This document shows, piece by piece, positions 49,816 to 61,915 of a stretch of DNA of 64,000 nucleotides. The DNA is taken from assembly GCA_041393255.1 (NCBI GenBank), contig JAWKKM010000025.1:6850-70849 (forward strand). The letters are read 5' to 3'. The first letter of the stretch is position 1. Each line of letters starts with the position of its first letter. The DNA is from Bacteroidales bacterium (GTDB taxonomy: Bacteria > Bacteroidota > Bacteroidia > Bacteroidales > JAADJA01). A program made the translations under genes and the position numbers. The notes under the pieces were generated by a model. That model was not told the origin of the DNA. It saw only the letters and a program-made list of their open reading frames with translations, and did no database searches.

Positions 49816-50730
49816 ATGAAAATCAATTTTCACTTACTCATCCTGGGGATACTTGTTGTATTACCCTTCTTTTCTTTCGCACAAGCTCTGATAACAGTGG
49901 AACAAAAAACCGTTTCCATGTCACAGGGCGAACAACCCGCCTACATTGTCAATGTCCCTGAAGCGGATTTCGATCAGGTTACTAAAGACTGGGAAAAAAT
50001 AATCCGCCAAAACACCAAATCAAAGGTTGAAGAAAGCGGGCAGGAACTGGTGATCATGGGCACCCAGATTCCTGAAATTCACCACAACCCAATTAATATT
50101 TTCAGCACTCTTTTCCAAGCTGACTCTTCCATTATAATCGTTGCAGTTTATGAAATTGACAGTACTTTCTTTTCTTTTTCAGAAGAAAACAAAAACCTGC
50201 ATAGCGAAAAAACAAACAATCACATTACGCATTTCATGCGCAATTTTGCTGTTGAACAATACAAAGAGTTTGTAGAAGAAGAATTTGAAACTGAAGACAA
50301 AAAACTAATTGACCTCAGCAAAGAACTGGAAGACCTTGCCAAAAAGCATCAAAGTTTTTTGGAAGAGATCGAAGAAAACCAGCAGGATATTAAAAACGCT
50401 GAAGATGTGATCTCCTCTTCCGAAAAAGACAATGAACGGAAACTGGAAGAAATCAACATCAAGAAAGAATCAATGGCCTCTGTTTCTGATGATCCCATAC
50501 AATTTGATGCAGCTAAAGATCAATTGAAAGACCTTGAAAAAGAGAAAAGAAATATTGAGAATATACTTGAAAAAGAAAAGAAGAACATTGTGAAATACAA
50601 TTCGAGCATTGAAGAATACAACCGGAAGATTGAGGCCAATTTGGAGCAACAGGAAATGGTGAAAGCTTCTATTGAAGAGCAAAAGATTGTTGTGAGCAAC
50701 GTTAACCTAAAATTAAAAGGCATAAAATAG
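49816..50730 (+). CDS. secreted coiled-coil protein of unknown function
   Basis: Signal peptide MKINFHLLILGILVVLPFFSFAQA (ATG 49816 preferred over the ORF-track start 49756). The C-terminal half is heptad-rich and Glu/Lys-rich (..KLIDLSKELEDLAKKHQSFLEEIEENQQDIKNAEDV..). Confidence 0.55.
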   Translation: MKINFHLLILGILVVLPFFSFAQALITVEQKTVSMSQGEQPAYIVNVPEADFDQVTKDWEKIIRQNTKSKVEESGQELVIMGTQIPEIHHNPINIFSTLFQADSSIIIVAVYEIDSTFFSFSEENKNLHSEKTNNHITHFMRNFAVEQYKEFVEEEFETEDKKLIDLSKELEDLAKKHQSFLEEIEENQQDIKNAEDVISSSEKDNERKLEEINIKKESMASVSDDPIQFDAAKDQLKDLEKEKRNIENILEKEKKNIVKYNSSIEEYNRKIEANLEQQEMVKASIEEQKIVVSNVNLKLKGIK

Positions 50731-50754
50731 GCTAATTTCGGTCCATTCCTCATT

Positions 50755-51339
50755 TCACAGTTTCATTCGCTCATTTTCACTGAACAATACAATTTCAGGG
50801 AAAAAGTTCTCAAATTCATTTTTGTAAAGATCGTAATCTATTCTCAGGTCTATAACAGCATTCTCCATGCGTGAATCAAACGGTGTACGCCTTGACATAC
50901 CGGTTAATGCCCTTTTCAAACCCTCCAGTTTTCCGTATCCAACAAGCCAGTTATCCTTTGCCATAAACGGTAGTATCCCTTTTGTTTTGGGGGGTAAAAT
51001 AAAATACTTTCTCAATAAAATTTTATACATCCTCATGGTAAACCGCTCAATGGGCTCATGTGAATATTGATGCCAATTGGCAGAAAGAAAGTGGTCGTAA
51101 TACATGTCAACAATTACACCGGCATATAAACGATAGTTCCCGGCCAACCTGCTTTTGCTTTGCAAAAAAACGGGATGGGCATCTGTATACTGGTCAATCC
51201 TGCGGTGCAGCCTTATCCCATCCTGAATTCCCTTGCTAAAAACACCAATCTTATTCCCCTTAACATGGTCAGCAATAAAATTACCTGTGATAATTTCTTC
51301 ATCATTCCCCGAAAGATATAAATGAGCCAGAAAATTCAT
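50755..51339 (-). CDS. acpH: acyl carrier protein phosphodiesterase
   Basis: 194 aa. The N-terminus MNFLAHLYLSGNDEEIITGNFIADHVKGNK and the overall length are typical of AcpH. Confidence 0.85.
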   Translation of the reverse strand: MNFLAHLYLSGNDEEIITGNFIADHVKGNKIGVFSKGIQDGIRLHRRIDQYTDAHPVFLQSKSRLAGNYRLYAGVIVDMYYDHFLSANWHQYSHEPIERFTMRMYKILLRKYFILPPKTKGILPFMAKDNWLVGYGKLEGLKRALTGMSRRTPFDSRMENAVIDLRIDYDLYKNEFENFFPEIVLFSENERMKL

Positions 51340-51442
51340 ACAATCAAATAAATCTGCAAAAGTATTTTAAATTCTAAGGATAACAAGCTTATTTATAATC
51401 ATTTTAGATAATCCATATGGTATGAAAATTTGATTTTTTATA

Positions 51443-51450
51443 TATTTTTG
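51443..51450 (+). promoter_or_regulatory. candidate Bacteroidota -7 promoter element (TAnnTTTG)
   Basis: TATTTTTG lies 39 nt upstream of the iorA ATG. No well-spaced -33 TTTG was seen. Confidence 0.3.
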
Positions 51451-51488
51451 TTGTTTGATGAAGAAAAATTTCAAGCACTAAAAAACGT

Positions 51489-53108
51489 ATGGAAAAATTA
51501 CTGTTACTTGGCGATGAAGCTCTGGCTCAGGGGGCAATTGATGCAGGAATATCAGGATGTTATGCATATCCTGGCACTCCTTCCACCGAAATTATGCAAT
51601 ACATCATCGCTTCAAAGGAAGCGAAGGGAAAAAACATCAGGTCGGGATGGGCTGCCAACGAAAAGACAGCTATGGAAGCTGCTTTGGGGATGTCCTATGC
51701 CGGTAAAAGAGCAATCGTATGTATGAAGCACGTTGGCCTTAATGTGGCTGCCGATGCATTTATCAATTCAGCCATCACCGGAGCCAATGGAGGCTTGATA
51801 GTGATTGTAGCTGATGATCCATCCATGCATTCATCGCAAAACGAACAGGATTCGAGGTTTTATGGAAAATTTGCCATGATTCCTTGCTTAGAGCCTTCGA
51901 ACCAGCAAGAGGCATATGATATGATCCATTATGGATTTGATATTTCAGAAAAATTTGAAATTCCTGTATTGCTGAGGATCACCACCCGCCTGGCCCATTC
52001 ACGGTCAGGGGTTCAACGAAAACAAGTACGTGAGCAAAATGAGATTCACCTTCCGGGAAACCTGAAACAGTTTATCCTGCTTCCTGCCAATGCCAGGAAA
52101 CAATACAAGCATTTATTGCAAATTCAAGCACTCTTTCAGGAAGAATCTGACCACAGTATATACAATACTTACTTTGACGGAACTGATAAAAGCCTGGGCA
52201 TTGTTGCTTGCGGTATCGCCTATAATTACCTTATGGAGAATTATCCTGACAGGGACATTCCGTACCCCATATTAAAGGTTGGTCAATATCCAATATCAAG
52301 GCCAATGATGAACAGGATCTACGAAGAATGTGATGAAATTCTCGTGTTGGAAGATGGATATCCAGTTATTGAAGAGCTGATCGGCAGCTTTTTCGGAATT
52401 GGTAAAAAAATCAAAGGCCGTTTGGATGGAACGGTTCCGCGCGATGGTGAACTTAATCCAAACATTGCCGGCAAAGCGCTGGGATTAGAAGTTCCTGAAA
52501 CCAGGCCAATACCGGATTTAGTTGTTGGCCGCCCCCCAAAACTTTGTAAAGGTTGCCCACACATATACTCTTACAATGCTTTAAATGAAGCCCTGTTGGA
52601 ATATGCAAAGGGCAGGGTTTTTTCCGACATAGGATGTTATACCTTGGGTGCCCTTGAACCCTTTGATGCTATTAACACCTGTGTTGATATGGGAGCTTCC
52701 ATAACAATGGCTAAAGGTGCAGCCGATGCAGGATTTGTACCTTCCGTTGCAGTAATTGGCGATTCAACTTTTACCCACTCAGGAATCACCGGCTTGTTGG
52801 ATGCTGTTAACGACGAATCACCCATTACAGTTGTTATCCTCGATAATGGTACGACTGCCATGACCGGTGGGCAAAAATCATCAGCCACAGGCAAAATTGA
52901 AGATATTTGTGAAGCACTTGGTGTGAAAAAGGATCATATAAAAATCATGGACCCATCGCCAAAACACCATGTAACCAATATGGAAACATTCCAAAATGAG
53001 ATTAAATACGAGGGGGTTTCTGTGATCATTCCAAGAAGAGAATGTTTGCATACAGCAGCCAAGAGGATCAGGGATGAAAAAAAGAAAAAAGAATTGCAAC
53101 AGGCATAG
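51489..53108 (+). CDS. iorA: indolepyruvate:ferredoxin oxidoreductase, alpha subunit (TPP-dependent)
   Basis: 539 aa. The N-terminus is LLLGDEALAQGAIDAGISGCYAYPGTPSTEI. The TPP-binding region reads GDSTFTHSGITGLLDAVNDESPITVVILDNGTTAMTGGQ. An iorB-like gene follows. Confidence 0.85.
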   Translation: MEKLLLLGDEALAQGAIDAGISGCYAYPGTPSTEIMQYIIASKEAKGKNIRSGWAANEKTAMEAALGMSYAGKRAIVCMKHVGLNVAADAFINSAITGANGGLIVIVADDPSMHSSQNEQDSRFYGKFAMIPCLEPSNQQEAYDMIHYGFDISEKFEIPVLLRITTRLAHSRSGVQRKQVREQNEIHLPGNLKQFILLPANARKQYKHLLQIQALFQEESDHSIYNTYFDGTDKSLGIVACGIAYNYLMENYPDRDIPYPILKVGQYPISRPMMNRIYEECDEILVLEDGYPVIEELIGSFFGIGKKIKGRLDGTVPRDGELNPNIAGKALGLEVPETRPIPDLVVGRPPKLCKGCPHIYSYNALNEALLEYAKGRVFSDIGCYTLGALEPFDAINTCVDMGASITMAKGAADAGFVPSVAVIGDSTFTHSGITGLLDAVNDESPITVVILDNGTTAMTGGQKSSATGKIEDICEALGVKKDHIKIMDPSPKHHVTNMETFQNEIKYEGVSVIIPRRECLHTAAKRIRDEKKKKELQQA

Positions 53109-53134
53109 GCCAGGATATTAATAAAGATATAAAA

Positions 53135-53722
53135 ATGAAGAAAGATATCATTTTAGCCGGAGTAGGCGGACAGGGAATTTTATCAATTGCAGCCATCATT
53201 GGAATGGCAGCCATAAACAAGGGTTATTATCTTAAGCAAGCCGAGGTACATGGGATGAGTCAACGCGGTGGTGATGTTCATTCCAACCTCCGGATTTCAG
53301 ATAAGGAAATAGCTTCAGACCTAATTCCAAAAGGTAAAGCAGACATGATACTATCAGTTGAGCCAATGGAGTCGTTGCGCTACATTCCAATGCTTTCGAA
53401 TGAAGGATGGCTGATAACCAATACGAAACCTTATGTAAATATTCCAAATTACCCGGATTTGGAAGACGTTTATAAGGAAATTAAGTCGTTTCCAAACCAT
53501 GTAGCCATTGACGCTGTTCAAATTGCTTCCGATCTGGGCTCGAAACGATCGGCAAACATGGTTATTTTAGGGGCTGCATCTTTTCATCTCGGATTTGAAT
53601 ATCAAGAACTTGAAAAATCCATCCAAACCCTTTTTAAAACAAAAGGTGAGGATGTAATTAAGGTAAATCTCGATGCTTTAAAAGCCGGAAAAGACTTTGC
53701 TCAACATTACATTAAAAATTAA
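53135..53722 (+). CDS. iorB: indolepyruvate:ferredoxin oxidoreductase, beta subunit
   Basis: 195 aa. ILAGVGGQGILSIAAIIGMAA...AEVHGMSQRGGDVHSNLRIS is the typical 2-oxoacid oxidoreductase gamma-type fold of IorB. Confidence 0.85.
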   Translation: MKKDIILAGVGGQGILSIAAIIGMAAINKGYYLKQAEVHGMSQRGGDVHSNLRISDKEIASDLIPKGKADMILSVEPMESLRYIPMLSNEGWLITNTKPYVNIPNYPDLEDVYKEIKSFPNHVAIDAVQIASDLGSKRSANMVILGAASFHLGFEYQELEKSIQTLFKTKGEDVIKVNLDALKAGKDFAQHYIKN

Positions 53723-53831
53723 ATATCATGTGTTTATCTTCAAAATTATTGTATTTTTGAAGGCTGATTTATTCAGGGACAGATTTTAAAAATTAATAAA
53801 ATAAATTTTTGTTTAACTAAATTAAATTATC

Positions 53832-55720
53832 ATGAAAAGGATTTTACTTTTAACTTTAGTATTTAGTATTGCCTTTGGAGTTTATGCCCAGCAAAGGGTA
53901 ACAGTTCCGAAGGATGTTCGCAATCATGCAGTTTTGATGCAAAAACCAACTGTTGAAACAAATAATTTCAGTCAAGAGGTGATGCCAGCTGCAAAAGCTT
54001 TCTTCCCTCCTGAAGAGGAAGTCATTGGAAATACATATTTCGATCTTCAATCCAATTCAAGTATGCAAAGCAGGATTCATGTATACGATGATGGAACTGT
54101 AGGTGCGGTATTTACAATAGGTTTTGACTTTCCAAACTTTTCAGGTGACCGTGGAACCGGATATAATTATTACGATGGAAATGCGTGGGGCGACTGGCCA
54201 ACAGAAAGATTGGAAGCCGACCGTACAGGATGGTGTGCCTATGATGCATGGGGTGACAATGGGGAAATTAACGTTATCCATTATTCCGGTGCAGCAACTG
54301 ATGGAGTAGTATTCTCGCGTAGAGATACCAAAGGAACAGGAGATTGGACTCAGTGGGATTTTCATGCACCAGACCCAGCAGCTGATTTCTTATGGCCACG
54401 AATGGCAACAGGTGGTATAAATCACGATGTTGTTCACTATATCGGACTTACAAAGCCGGTTGCTAATCAGGGGGCAGTTTATCAAGGTTTAGATGGAGCC
54501 ATCCTGTATTCACGATCAGAAGATGGTGGTACCACATGGAGTATTGAAAATATTATTCTTGATGGCATGACTTCAGCTGAATACACTGGCTTTGCTGGTG
54601 ACACTTACGAAATTATTGCAGATGGTGACAATGTTGCTATTCTAAACGGTGAATCATGGGTTGACCTGATGTTGATGAAATCAACCGACGGTGGAGATAC
54701 ATGGACCAAAACAGTTATTTGGGAAAATCCATATCCATTGTGGAATGCAACTCCAACAGATACATTCTACTGTGCTGACGGAGCCCATCACCTGGCATTT
54801 GACCAAAGTGGAAAAGTTCACGTTGTATTCGGTATCAACCGTGCAATGTCTCTCGATGGAACTGCAAATCATGGTTCCCCGGTGTAGCCAAGGTGGAATC
54901 GGTTATTGGAATGAAGACAGGCCTACTTTCTCAAATGATGTTGACGCTTTATGTCCTTTTTCAGATTGTCAATATTCCGAACTTATTGATGATTACAGTC
55001 TGATAGGATGGATGCAAGATGTTAATGGAAGTGGTGAGCTTGATATTTTATGGGATGGTATTCAGCATTGTATTATCTTGGTGCATCAAGTATGCACTCA
55101 AATGTTATTGATGACATGAACCAGATTTATGTAGTTTATGCTTCAAGTAGCCCGGAAACTTGCATGACAACGGAACACAAAACTACCGTCACTTATGGGG
55201 TCGTTATTCACCTAATGGTGACTTCTGAGGACCATTTGTTGACCTGTCATCCGACTTGATCCATATTTTTGATGAGTGTGTTCCCATCAATTTGCTACTG
55301 GAAATGATGACAACATCTATGGTTTATCAACAAGATAATGAGCCTGGTTTAGCTGTTAGGGGTGACGAAGATCCTTATTCAGAAAACTTCATCCGTTTCA
55401 TGAAGATTGATAAAAACGACTTAAAAGTTGGTATCGAAGAAAACAACACTCCAATTTATGATTATGATGTTGCTCAAAATGCACCCAACCCTTTCACAGG
55501 AACTACTAATGTTTACCGTGAATGTCAGGAAAGCTTAACTAACCTCAAAGTTGAAGTTGTTAATATGATGGGACAAATTGTTCAAACCATTGATGCAGGT
55601 TATGCTATGCCAGGTATGAACGAAGTTACCATTGACGGAAGCAGCCTTGATTCAGGTGTTTATTTCTACACTGTAAGAGCTGGCGAAACTTCTATTACCA
55701 AGAAAATGATTGTTGAATAA
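53832..55720 (+). pseudogene. BNR/Asp-box beta-propeller T9SS cargo, array paralog P1, multiple frameshifts in the 3' half
   Basis: ORF 53832-54887 is intact (IGNTYFDLQSNSSMQSRIHVYDDGTVGAVFT.., DRGTGYNYYDGNAWGDWP, YSRSEDGGTTW, MKSTDGGDTW). 54870-55330 is readable only by frame hopping (GGIGYWNEDRPTFSNDVDAL.., NYRHLWGRYSPNGD.WGPFVDLSSDLIHIFDECV). The CTD at 55256-55720 reads APNPFTGTTNVY...GVYFYTVRAGETSITKKMIVE. Confidence 0.75.
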
Positions 55721-55747
55721 GAATCCAATTATTTACATACAATACTG

Positions 55748-55784
55748 GGGCTGGTCAAATTTTTTGGCCAGCCCTTTTCATTTT
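55748..55784 (+). terminator. rho-independent terminator after P1
   Basis: GGGCTGGTCAAA / TTTGGCCAGCCC hairpin followed by TTTTCATTTT. Confidence 0.65.
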
Positions 55785-55842
55785 AAATAAACGATATAAC
55801 CATGTCTTTTATACTTCCTGCGCAATATTCCATTTTTATTTG

Positions 55843-55850
55843 TAGATTTG
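55843..55850 (+). promoter_or_regulatory. candidate Bacteroidota -7 promoter element (TAnnTTTG) for P2
   Basis: TAGATTTG lies 42 nt upstream of ATG 55892. No clear -33 element was seen. Confidence 0.3.
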
Positions 55851-55891
55851 TTTCAGACAAAAAATCAAATTTTAAATTTAAACTAACGACT

Positions 55892-57770
55892 ATGAAAAAG
55901 ACATTTATTTTATTCCTTGTAATATCGCGTTATAAACGGAATCGCACAGGATAGAGCAACGGTTTCGCAAGAGAAAAGAAACATTACTCTTAAAATGGCA
56001 AGTCCTGCCCTTGAAGGAACAGTCTTTGAAAAAGAAACCAATCCTACCGTAAAATCCTATGCTTTCCCTCCCGAAGAAACAAATCGGGGATACGCGTTAT
56101 GATGACCAGGCAAATGCCAGTATTCAAAACAGGATATATCTATACAATGATGGAACCCTCGGCGCCACATGGACCAGGGCCATGGAAGACGGCACATGGT
56201 CTGACAGGGGTACCGGATATAATTATTTTGATGGAAACAGTTGGGGAGACTACCCTGAAATTCAGGTGGAAGATGAAAGAACAGGCTGGCCATCCTATTC
56301 ACTATGGGGCGAAAATGGTGAAATTATTTTTGCACATGGAGCCAATGGGCTGGTTATTTCATCTCGAGCTGACAAGGAACCGGCGACTGGGAATATTCCA
56401 TTTACAAGGACCTGCCGGACACGAATACATGATTTGGAACAGGGCCATCACAAGCGGCGAAAACAACACTCGTGTTCATGCAATGGCAGTGACAGCATCC
56501 ACCGTCTACAGTGGAACCCCTTACGAAGGATTAAATGGTGCTTTGCTGTATTCCATGTCAATGGATGGTGGTACCTCTATAGGAGGTTGAAAATGCAATA
56601 CTCGACGGTATAGGTTCAGATAATTATGTTGGATATGATGGTGATACTTACACTTTTGCAGAGCCAAGGGATGATATCGTGAGAAAAGCGCTGATGTTGT
56701 TGGCGAAAGTTGGTATGATCTATTTTTAATGCAAATCAACCGATGGAGGACAAACTTTTTACCAAAACAGTAATATGGGACCATCCTTATCCATTCTTCG
56801 ACCCACCAAGCGCCAACAGCTACCGATACGTTTTACTGTGTTGATGGATCTCACAGCTGTGTAATAGACATGAATGGTAAAGTGCACGTCGCTTTTGGTA
56901 TTAACAGGGCACTATCTGATGGAACTGATCTTCTGTGGTTTCCCTATGTGGATGGAATTGGATATTGGAACGAAGACATGCCAACCTTCTCCAATAGCCT
57001 GAATGCCCTTAACCCATATGGAGAGGAAGGCACAGAACTGATTGAAGATTACAACCTGATTTGGTTGGTCACGGATCATAAATAATAACGGAACATTGGA
57101 CTTCGCAGATGATATAGGGACCTACTATGTAAGTTTATCAAGTTATCCGTAACTTGTTTATGGAAAGCAACCAACTCTATGTTTTTTCATCCGTAACTGA
57201 AACCTACGACAATGGATCATTGAATTATCGCCACCTATGGGCAAGAGCATCAACGGATGGAGGAGGATTGAGCTGGGGCGGGGATTTTGACCTTTCGTCC
57301 GAATTGATCCACATTTTTTTGATGAATGTTACCCTTCCTGTGCAGCTAATTCGGATGATTATATTATTCACCTTGTTTATCAAACGGATAACGAACCCGG
57401 ATGTGCCATCTGGGGAACTACTCATGCACCGGTCGATAACAAAACTGTTTATATGAAAGTTTCAAAGCAGACATTACAGGTGTTCAGGAAAACAGTTTGG
57501 CTCTCCGTAACGATGATGTTAGCCAGAACTTTCCAAATCCATTTAATGGGACCTCTATAATAAATGTAAATCTTAGGCAATCTGCAGATGTAAACTTAAG
57601 GGTGATTAATTTAATGGGTCAGTATATGTTGGAGAATACAGTTTTAAATGCCCCAACAGGCTTGAACAAACTAACTATTGACGCTGCCGGCTTTACACCC
57701 GGTATCTATTTTTTATACAGTGACTGCCGGATCTGCAGCAGCAATTACTAAGAAAATGATTATTGAATAA
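55892..57770 (+). pseudogene. BNR/Asp-box beta-propeller T9SS cargo, array paralog P2, very heavily frameshifted
   Basis: Family text is scattered over all three frames: IGDTRYDDQANASIQNRIYLYNDGTLGATWTRAMEDGTWSDRGTGYNYFDGNSWGDYPE..RTGWPSYSLWGENGEI; YSMSMDGGTS; GKVHVAFGINRALSDGTDLLWFPYVDGIGYWNEDMPTFSNSLNALNPYGEEGTELIEDYNLI; NYRHLWARASTDGG. CTD pieces read SQNFPNPFNGTSIINVNL...GIYF. The stop is 57768-57770. Confidence 0.75.
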
Positions 57771-57866
57771 TGTATTGTGGCCTGTTGGATTAGAAAAACC
57801 TAACAGGCTGATGCGTAAAATAACCTGCCATTACTAAGTTTTAGCACTCACAAAAACAATTTTACC

Positions 57867-59731
57867 ATGAAACGACAAATTGTTTTTACTAAGTATTTTG
57901 GCTTTCAGCCTGATAGGATATACACAAAACCGGGCCGTTGTGTCAACAATTAAGAGAAAAAGCGGTTGAGATTAGCGGGCATTCGATGAATGATATTGAA
58001 TATACAAATCAATACTTATCCCATTAAAAATTACATCTGACTTATATCTGAGGAAGAACAAATAGGTGATACCCGATATGACAATCAATCAAACGCCGGG
58101 GATTCAAACAGGGTTTTTTTGTATGCGTGATGGAAGCATAGGAGCAACATGGACAAGGGGTATGGAAGACCCATCTTTCGACGATAGGGGAACGGGCTAC
58201 AATTATTTTGATGGAAATGCCTGGGGTGATTGGCAGGAATGGCGTATCGAAAACCTGAAAACACACCGACCAACCTATTCACCTTACGGCGAAAACGGAG
58301 AAATGGTGGTATCGCATATTAGTTTTACAGGCTTGTACCTTGCAACCCGCGAAGATAAAGGAAGCGGAGCCTGGGACTTTGAAACCTTCCCTGGGCCTGC
58401 CGGTAATTCCTATATTCTTTGGAATCGTGCCGTTTCAAGCGGGCCTGACCGAAACCGTATTCATATGTTAGCTCTTACCCTTCCCAGCTCACATGGCGGA
58501 ATCCCTTATCAGAACCTTGATGCAGCATTACTATATTCCTACTCTACAGACGGTGGTGTAAGCTGGTATTGGGAAAATGAAATTCTCCAGGGAATGACAG
58601 CTGATGATTACAATGGTTTTAAAGGCGACAGTTATAACTTTGCCGAACCCAAAGATGATATTGTAGCCTTTGTTGTGGGCTCAAACTGGTACGATCTATT
58701 CCTGATGAAATCAACGGACGGAGGTGAAACATTTGAGAAAACAGTTATTTGGGAACATCCCTATCCCCTGTGGCAGTTTGGAACTGCAACAGATACCTTC
58801 TATTGTGCCGATGGTTCGAATCATTTGGCGATTGACAATAGTGGAAATGTTCATGTTGCCTTTGGTATTACGAGGGTAATGGCCGATAACGATGCCACTT
58901 TCTTGTTCCCCTTTGTTGATGGCATCGCCTACTGGAACGAAAGCATGCCCACTTTTTCGAACAACCTGAATGCGCTAAGCCCTTATGGCGAAACCGGTTC
59001 GGAATTGAGTGAGGATTACAACCTCATTGGCTGGTCACAAGACCTGAACAACAATGGAACAATAGACATTGTTGATATGGGTGATTACTGGATTAGTTTG
59101 TCAAGTATGCCTCAACTGGTCATTGATGATGATAACAAGTTGTTTCTGATCTACTCATCGGCAACAGAGTCGTATGATAACGGAAGCAAAAATTACCGTC
59201 ATATCTGGGGGCGCTACTCTTTGAACGGACAATCATGGGGGCCATTTGTCGACCTGACCAATGATCTGATCCAATTGTTTGATGAGTGCGTCTATCCCTC
59301 TTGCTCTCCCACCTCCGATGAAAACATATACCTAGTTTATCAATCCGATATAGAACCCGGTACCATTGTCTGGGGTGCACAACATTCCTATTTGGACAAC
59401 AAGGCTGTATTTATGAAAGTTCCCAAAAGCGATTTTTGGACTACTGGAGTTGATTCAGGCAACGAATTGGTAAATGATATTTCGGTCAGCCAAAATTACC
59501 CAAACCCTTGTACCGGCAAAACAGAAATCAGGGTAAGCCTCAACAATGCCTACGAAATCAATATTGAGATCACAACTTTAACCGGAAAGATTGTTTACCA
59601 AAATACAATGCAAGCCAATCCAGGCGAAAACAGGGTAAAATTAGAGACAAGCAAAGTTTTCAGCAGGAGTTTACTTCTATACGGTAAATTCAGGCGATTC
59701 AAGCGTCACGAAAAAGATGATTGTGGAATAA
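57867..59731 (+). pseudogene. BNR/Asp-box beta-propeller T9SS cargo, array paralog P3, frameshifts at both the N-terminus and the CTD
   Basis: ATG 57867 (MKRQIVF..) is followed by shifted leader text. ORF 58066-59853 carries the intact propeller body. The CTD begins SQNYPNPCTGKTEIRVSL.. and then shifts to ..AGVYFYTVNSGDSSVTKKMIVE* (stop 59729-59731). The ORF-track extension to 59853 is read-through in the wrong frame. Confidence 0.75.
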
Positions 59732-59757
59732 TTACTTTCAATTCATTTGTATACTTT

Positions 59758-59800
59758 GACCTGTTAGGTTTTTTTCAACCTAACAGGTCTTATTCTTTTT
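59758..59800 (+). terminator. rho-independent terminator after P3
   Basis: A perfect 13-bp stem, GACCTGTTAGGTT (59758-59770) with loop TTTTTC and AACCTAACAGGTC (59777-59789), is followed by TTATTCTTTTT. A related hairpin (GCCTGTTGG...CCTAACAGGC) follows P2 at 57780-57808. Confidence 0.7.
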
Positions 59801-59849
59801 GCACTCACTTAAATTTTTCTTACTTTTACAGGTATAAAACTTCCTGCCC

Positions 59850-61637
59850 ATGAAAAGGATCATTTTTATTCTTGTCGTTTCCAGTTTGGCTTTAATTACT
59901 TATGCCCAGTATTGGGGTCAAAAAGCTATGGCTTATCAGCCAGAAGAAGTAATCATAGGAGAATCCTATTTTGACCTTCAAACCTATGCCTCCTGTCAAA
60001 ACCGTATTTATTTATATGATGACGAAACCCTTGGGGCGGTATTCACCTATGGGATGGATCATACATATTACCCCGACCGTGGAACGGGATACATATATTT
60101 CGATGGATCAGAATGGGGACCCTGGCCCTGGGAGCGCATCGAAAGCCAAAGAACGGGCTGGTCGTGCTACGCACCATTGGGCGAAAATGGTGAAGTCGTT
60201 TTAACACATTTATCCGGAGCAGTAGATGAAGGACTTCTTTTTAGTAAACGCGAGGTGAAAGGGAGTGGTGATTGGACCGAGACTGTTTTTCACGGGCCAG
60301 GCGGATATGAGGCTATTTTCTTCCCAAGAATGGTTACCGGAGGAATTAACAACAATTCAATTTTTCTTTTGGCAAATACTTATGGAAACTCCCAATATCA
60401 GGGATTGTCCGGTGCATTATTGTATTCAAGGTCAATGGATGGAGGGGAGACCTGGGATATATTAAATCAGGTTTTGCCTGGAATGGATTCAACGGAATAT
60501 TCAGGGTTTTCATGGGATTGTTATGCCTTCGCCGAACCCCGCAATAACATTGTAGCCTTTGTTGTGGGCTCATACCAGCACGACCTTTTCCTGATGAAGT
60601 CAACAGATTATGGTGAGACTTTTGAAAAAACCCTAATCTGGGACCATCCCTATGATGAAGTTTCACCTTCAACCAGCCTGGAAGCTTTTTATAGTGTAGA
60701 TGGTTCATTGGATATTTCCATTGATCCTTATGGGAAAGCACATGTGGTTTTTGGAATTGTAAGAACATACTATTCAGCTGAAGATGAATATTGGCACTAT
60801 TACAAACTAACTGACGGTATTGGCTATTGGAACGAATCCATGAATTCTTTTTCATCCAACATCAATGCACTTAATCCAACAAACCACCCCGAAAGTGAAC
60901 TGGTGAAAGATGAAAGCTTGATAGCCTGGTCGCAAGATATGGATGGTGACAGTGTAATAACATTTTTAAATATTCCGGAACCTTATGTTGATTTTTACCA
61001 TAGCCTGGGAGCATCAAGTATGGTGCAGTTAATAGCTGACGAGCAGAACAGGTTGTTTCTTATCTATACTTCGATAACGGAAACATGGGATAACGGATGG
61101 ATGAATTACCGCCGGCTCTGGATAAGGTCATCCTTAAACGGAGGTCAAACATGGGGAAAATTCTATCACTACGACGGGGAAAACCCCAATTCCATTTTTA
61201 ATGAATATGCCTTCCCTTCCTGCTCCCCTAATTCCGATGACAATATTTATTTGCTTTTCCAAACGGATGTTCAACCTGGAATTTACAGAACAGAATGGCC
61301 ACCTCATTATAATAACTGGAAGGCTGCCAAAATCCCTAAAGACGAAATTGTAGGTATCAATAAAAACAATCAGCCAACCGCAGAATTTGAAGTTTCCCAA
61401 AACTTCCCCAATCCATTTTCAGAAAGCACAACTATAAATGTCAATCTCCAAAACCGGCAGCTATTAAACTTGAGGTGATCAACCTGTTTGGTCAAAAAGT
61501 ATATGAAACCAATATGATCAATACAAAAATGGGGTTGAATACTTTCACTATAGAGAGAAAGGGATTGGCCTAGGGTTTATTTCTATACTGTTGAAGCCAA
61601 TGGATCAAGAGTTACCCATAAAATGATTTTGGAATAA
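59850..61637 (+). pseudogene. BNR/Asp-box beta-propeller T9SS cargo, array paralog P4, intact body with frameshifts only in the CTD
   Basis: The 542-aa ORF has all family motifs (IGESYFDLQTYASCQNRIYLYDDETLGAVFT, DRGTGYIYFDGSEWGPWP, YSRSMDGGETW, MKSTDYGETF, RSSLNGGQTW). The CTD SQNFPNPFSESTTINVNLQ breaks at an A4 run where P5 has A5 (near 61450), then continues ..KLEVINLFGQKVYETNM.. to stop 61635-61637. Confidence 0.75.
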
Positions 61638-61675
61638 AAAGGGATAATTCGTATTTTTACAACAATATTGACGTT

Positions 61676-61915
61676 ATGAGTCCGACAGTATTCAGATTAG
61701 GAAAATACAGGTTTTTCTTTTTTAGCAGAGAAGAAACAAGAATGCATATTCATGTTACTTCCGGAGATGGGGAAGCAAAGTTCTGGATTGAACCGACAAT
61801 CTCTCTGGCAAATTACACAGGCTTATCTGCAAAACAACTAAATTACTTACAGAAAATAATTGAGGAACATAAAGATGAAATCCGTAAAAAATGGAAAAAG
61901 CACTTCCAAAACTGA
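61676..61915 (+). CDS. DUF4160 domain protein
   Basis: 79 aa. FRLGKYRFFFFSREETRMHIHVTSGDGEAKFWIEP matches the DUF4160 pattern. Confidence 0.8.
   Translation: MSPTVFRLGKYRFFFFSREETRMHIHVTSGDGEAKFWIEPTISLANYTGLSAKQLNYLQKIIEEHKDEIRKKWKKHFQN

Noticed and set aside
58066-59853. 595-aa ORF taken at face value, including its 3' extension overlapping the next gene's start.
   Set aside because: The CTD text shifts frame near 59650 and ends at 59729-59731 (..KKMIVE*). The tail beyond this (..RFKRHEKDDCGIITFNS..) is wrong-frame read-through across a terminator hairpin.
60346-60855. Long antisense ORFs inside strongly supported genes. Other examples are 3361-3783, 8123-8434, 8431-8775, 27026-27325, 46024-46398 and 49296-49703.
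   Set aside because: They lie opposite genes with clear family signatures, show low-complexity or odd composition, and contain no recognisable motifs.
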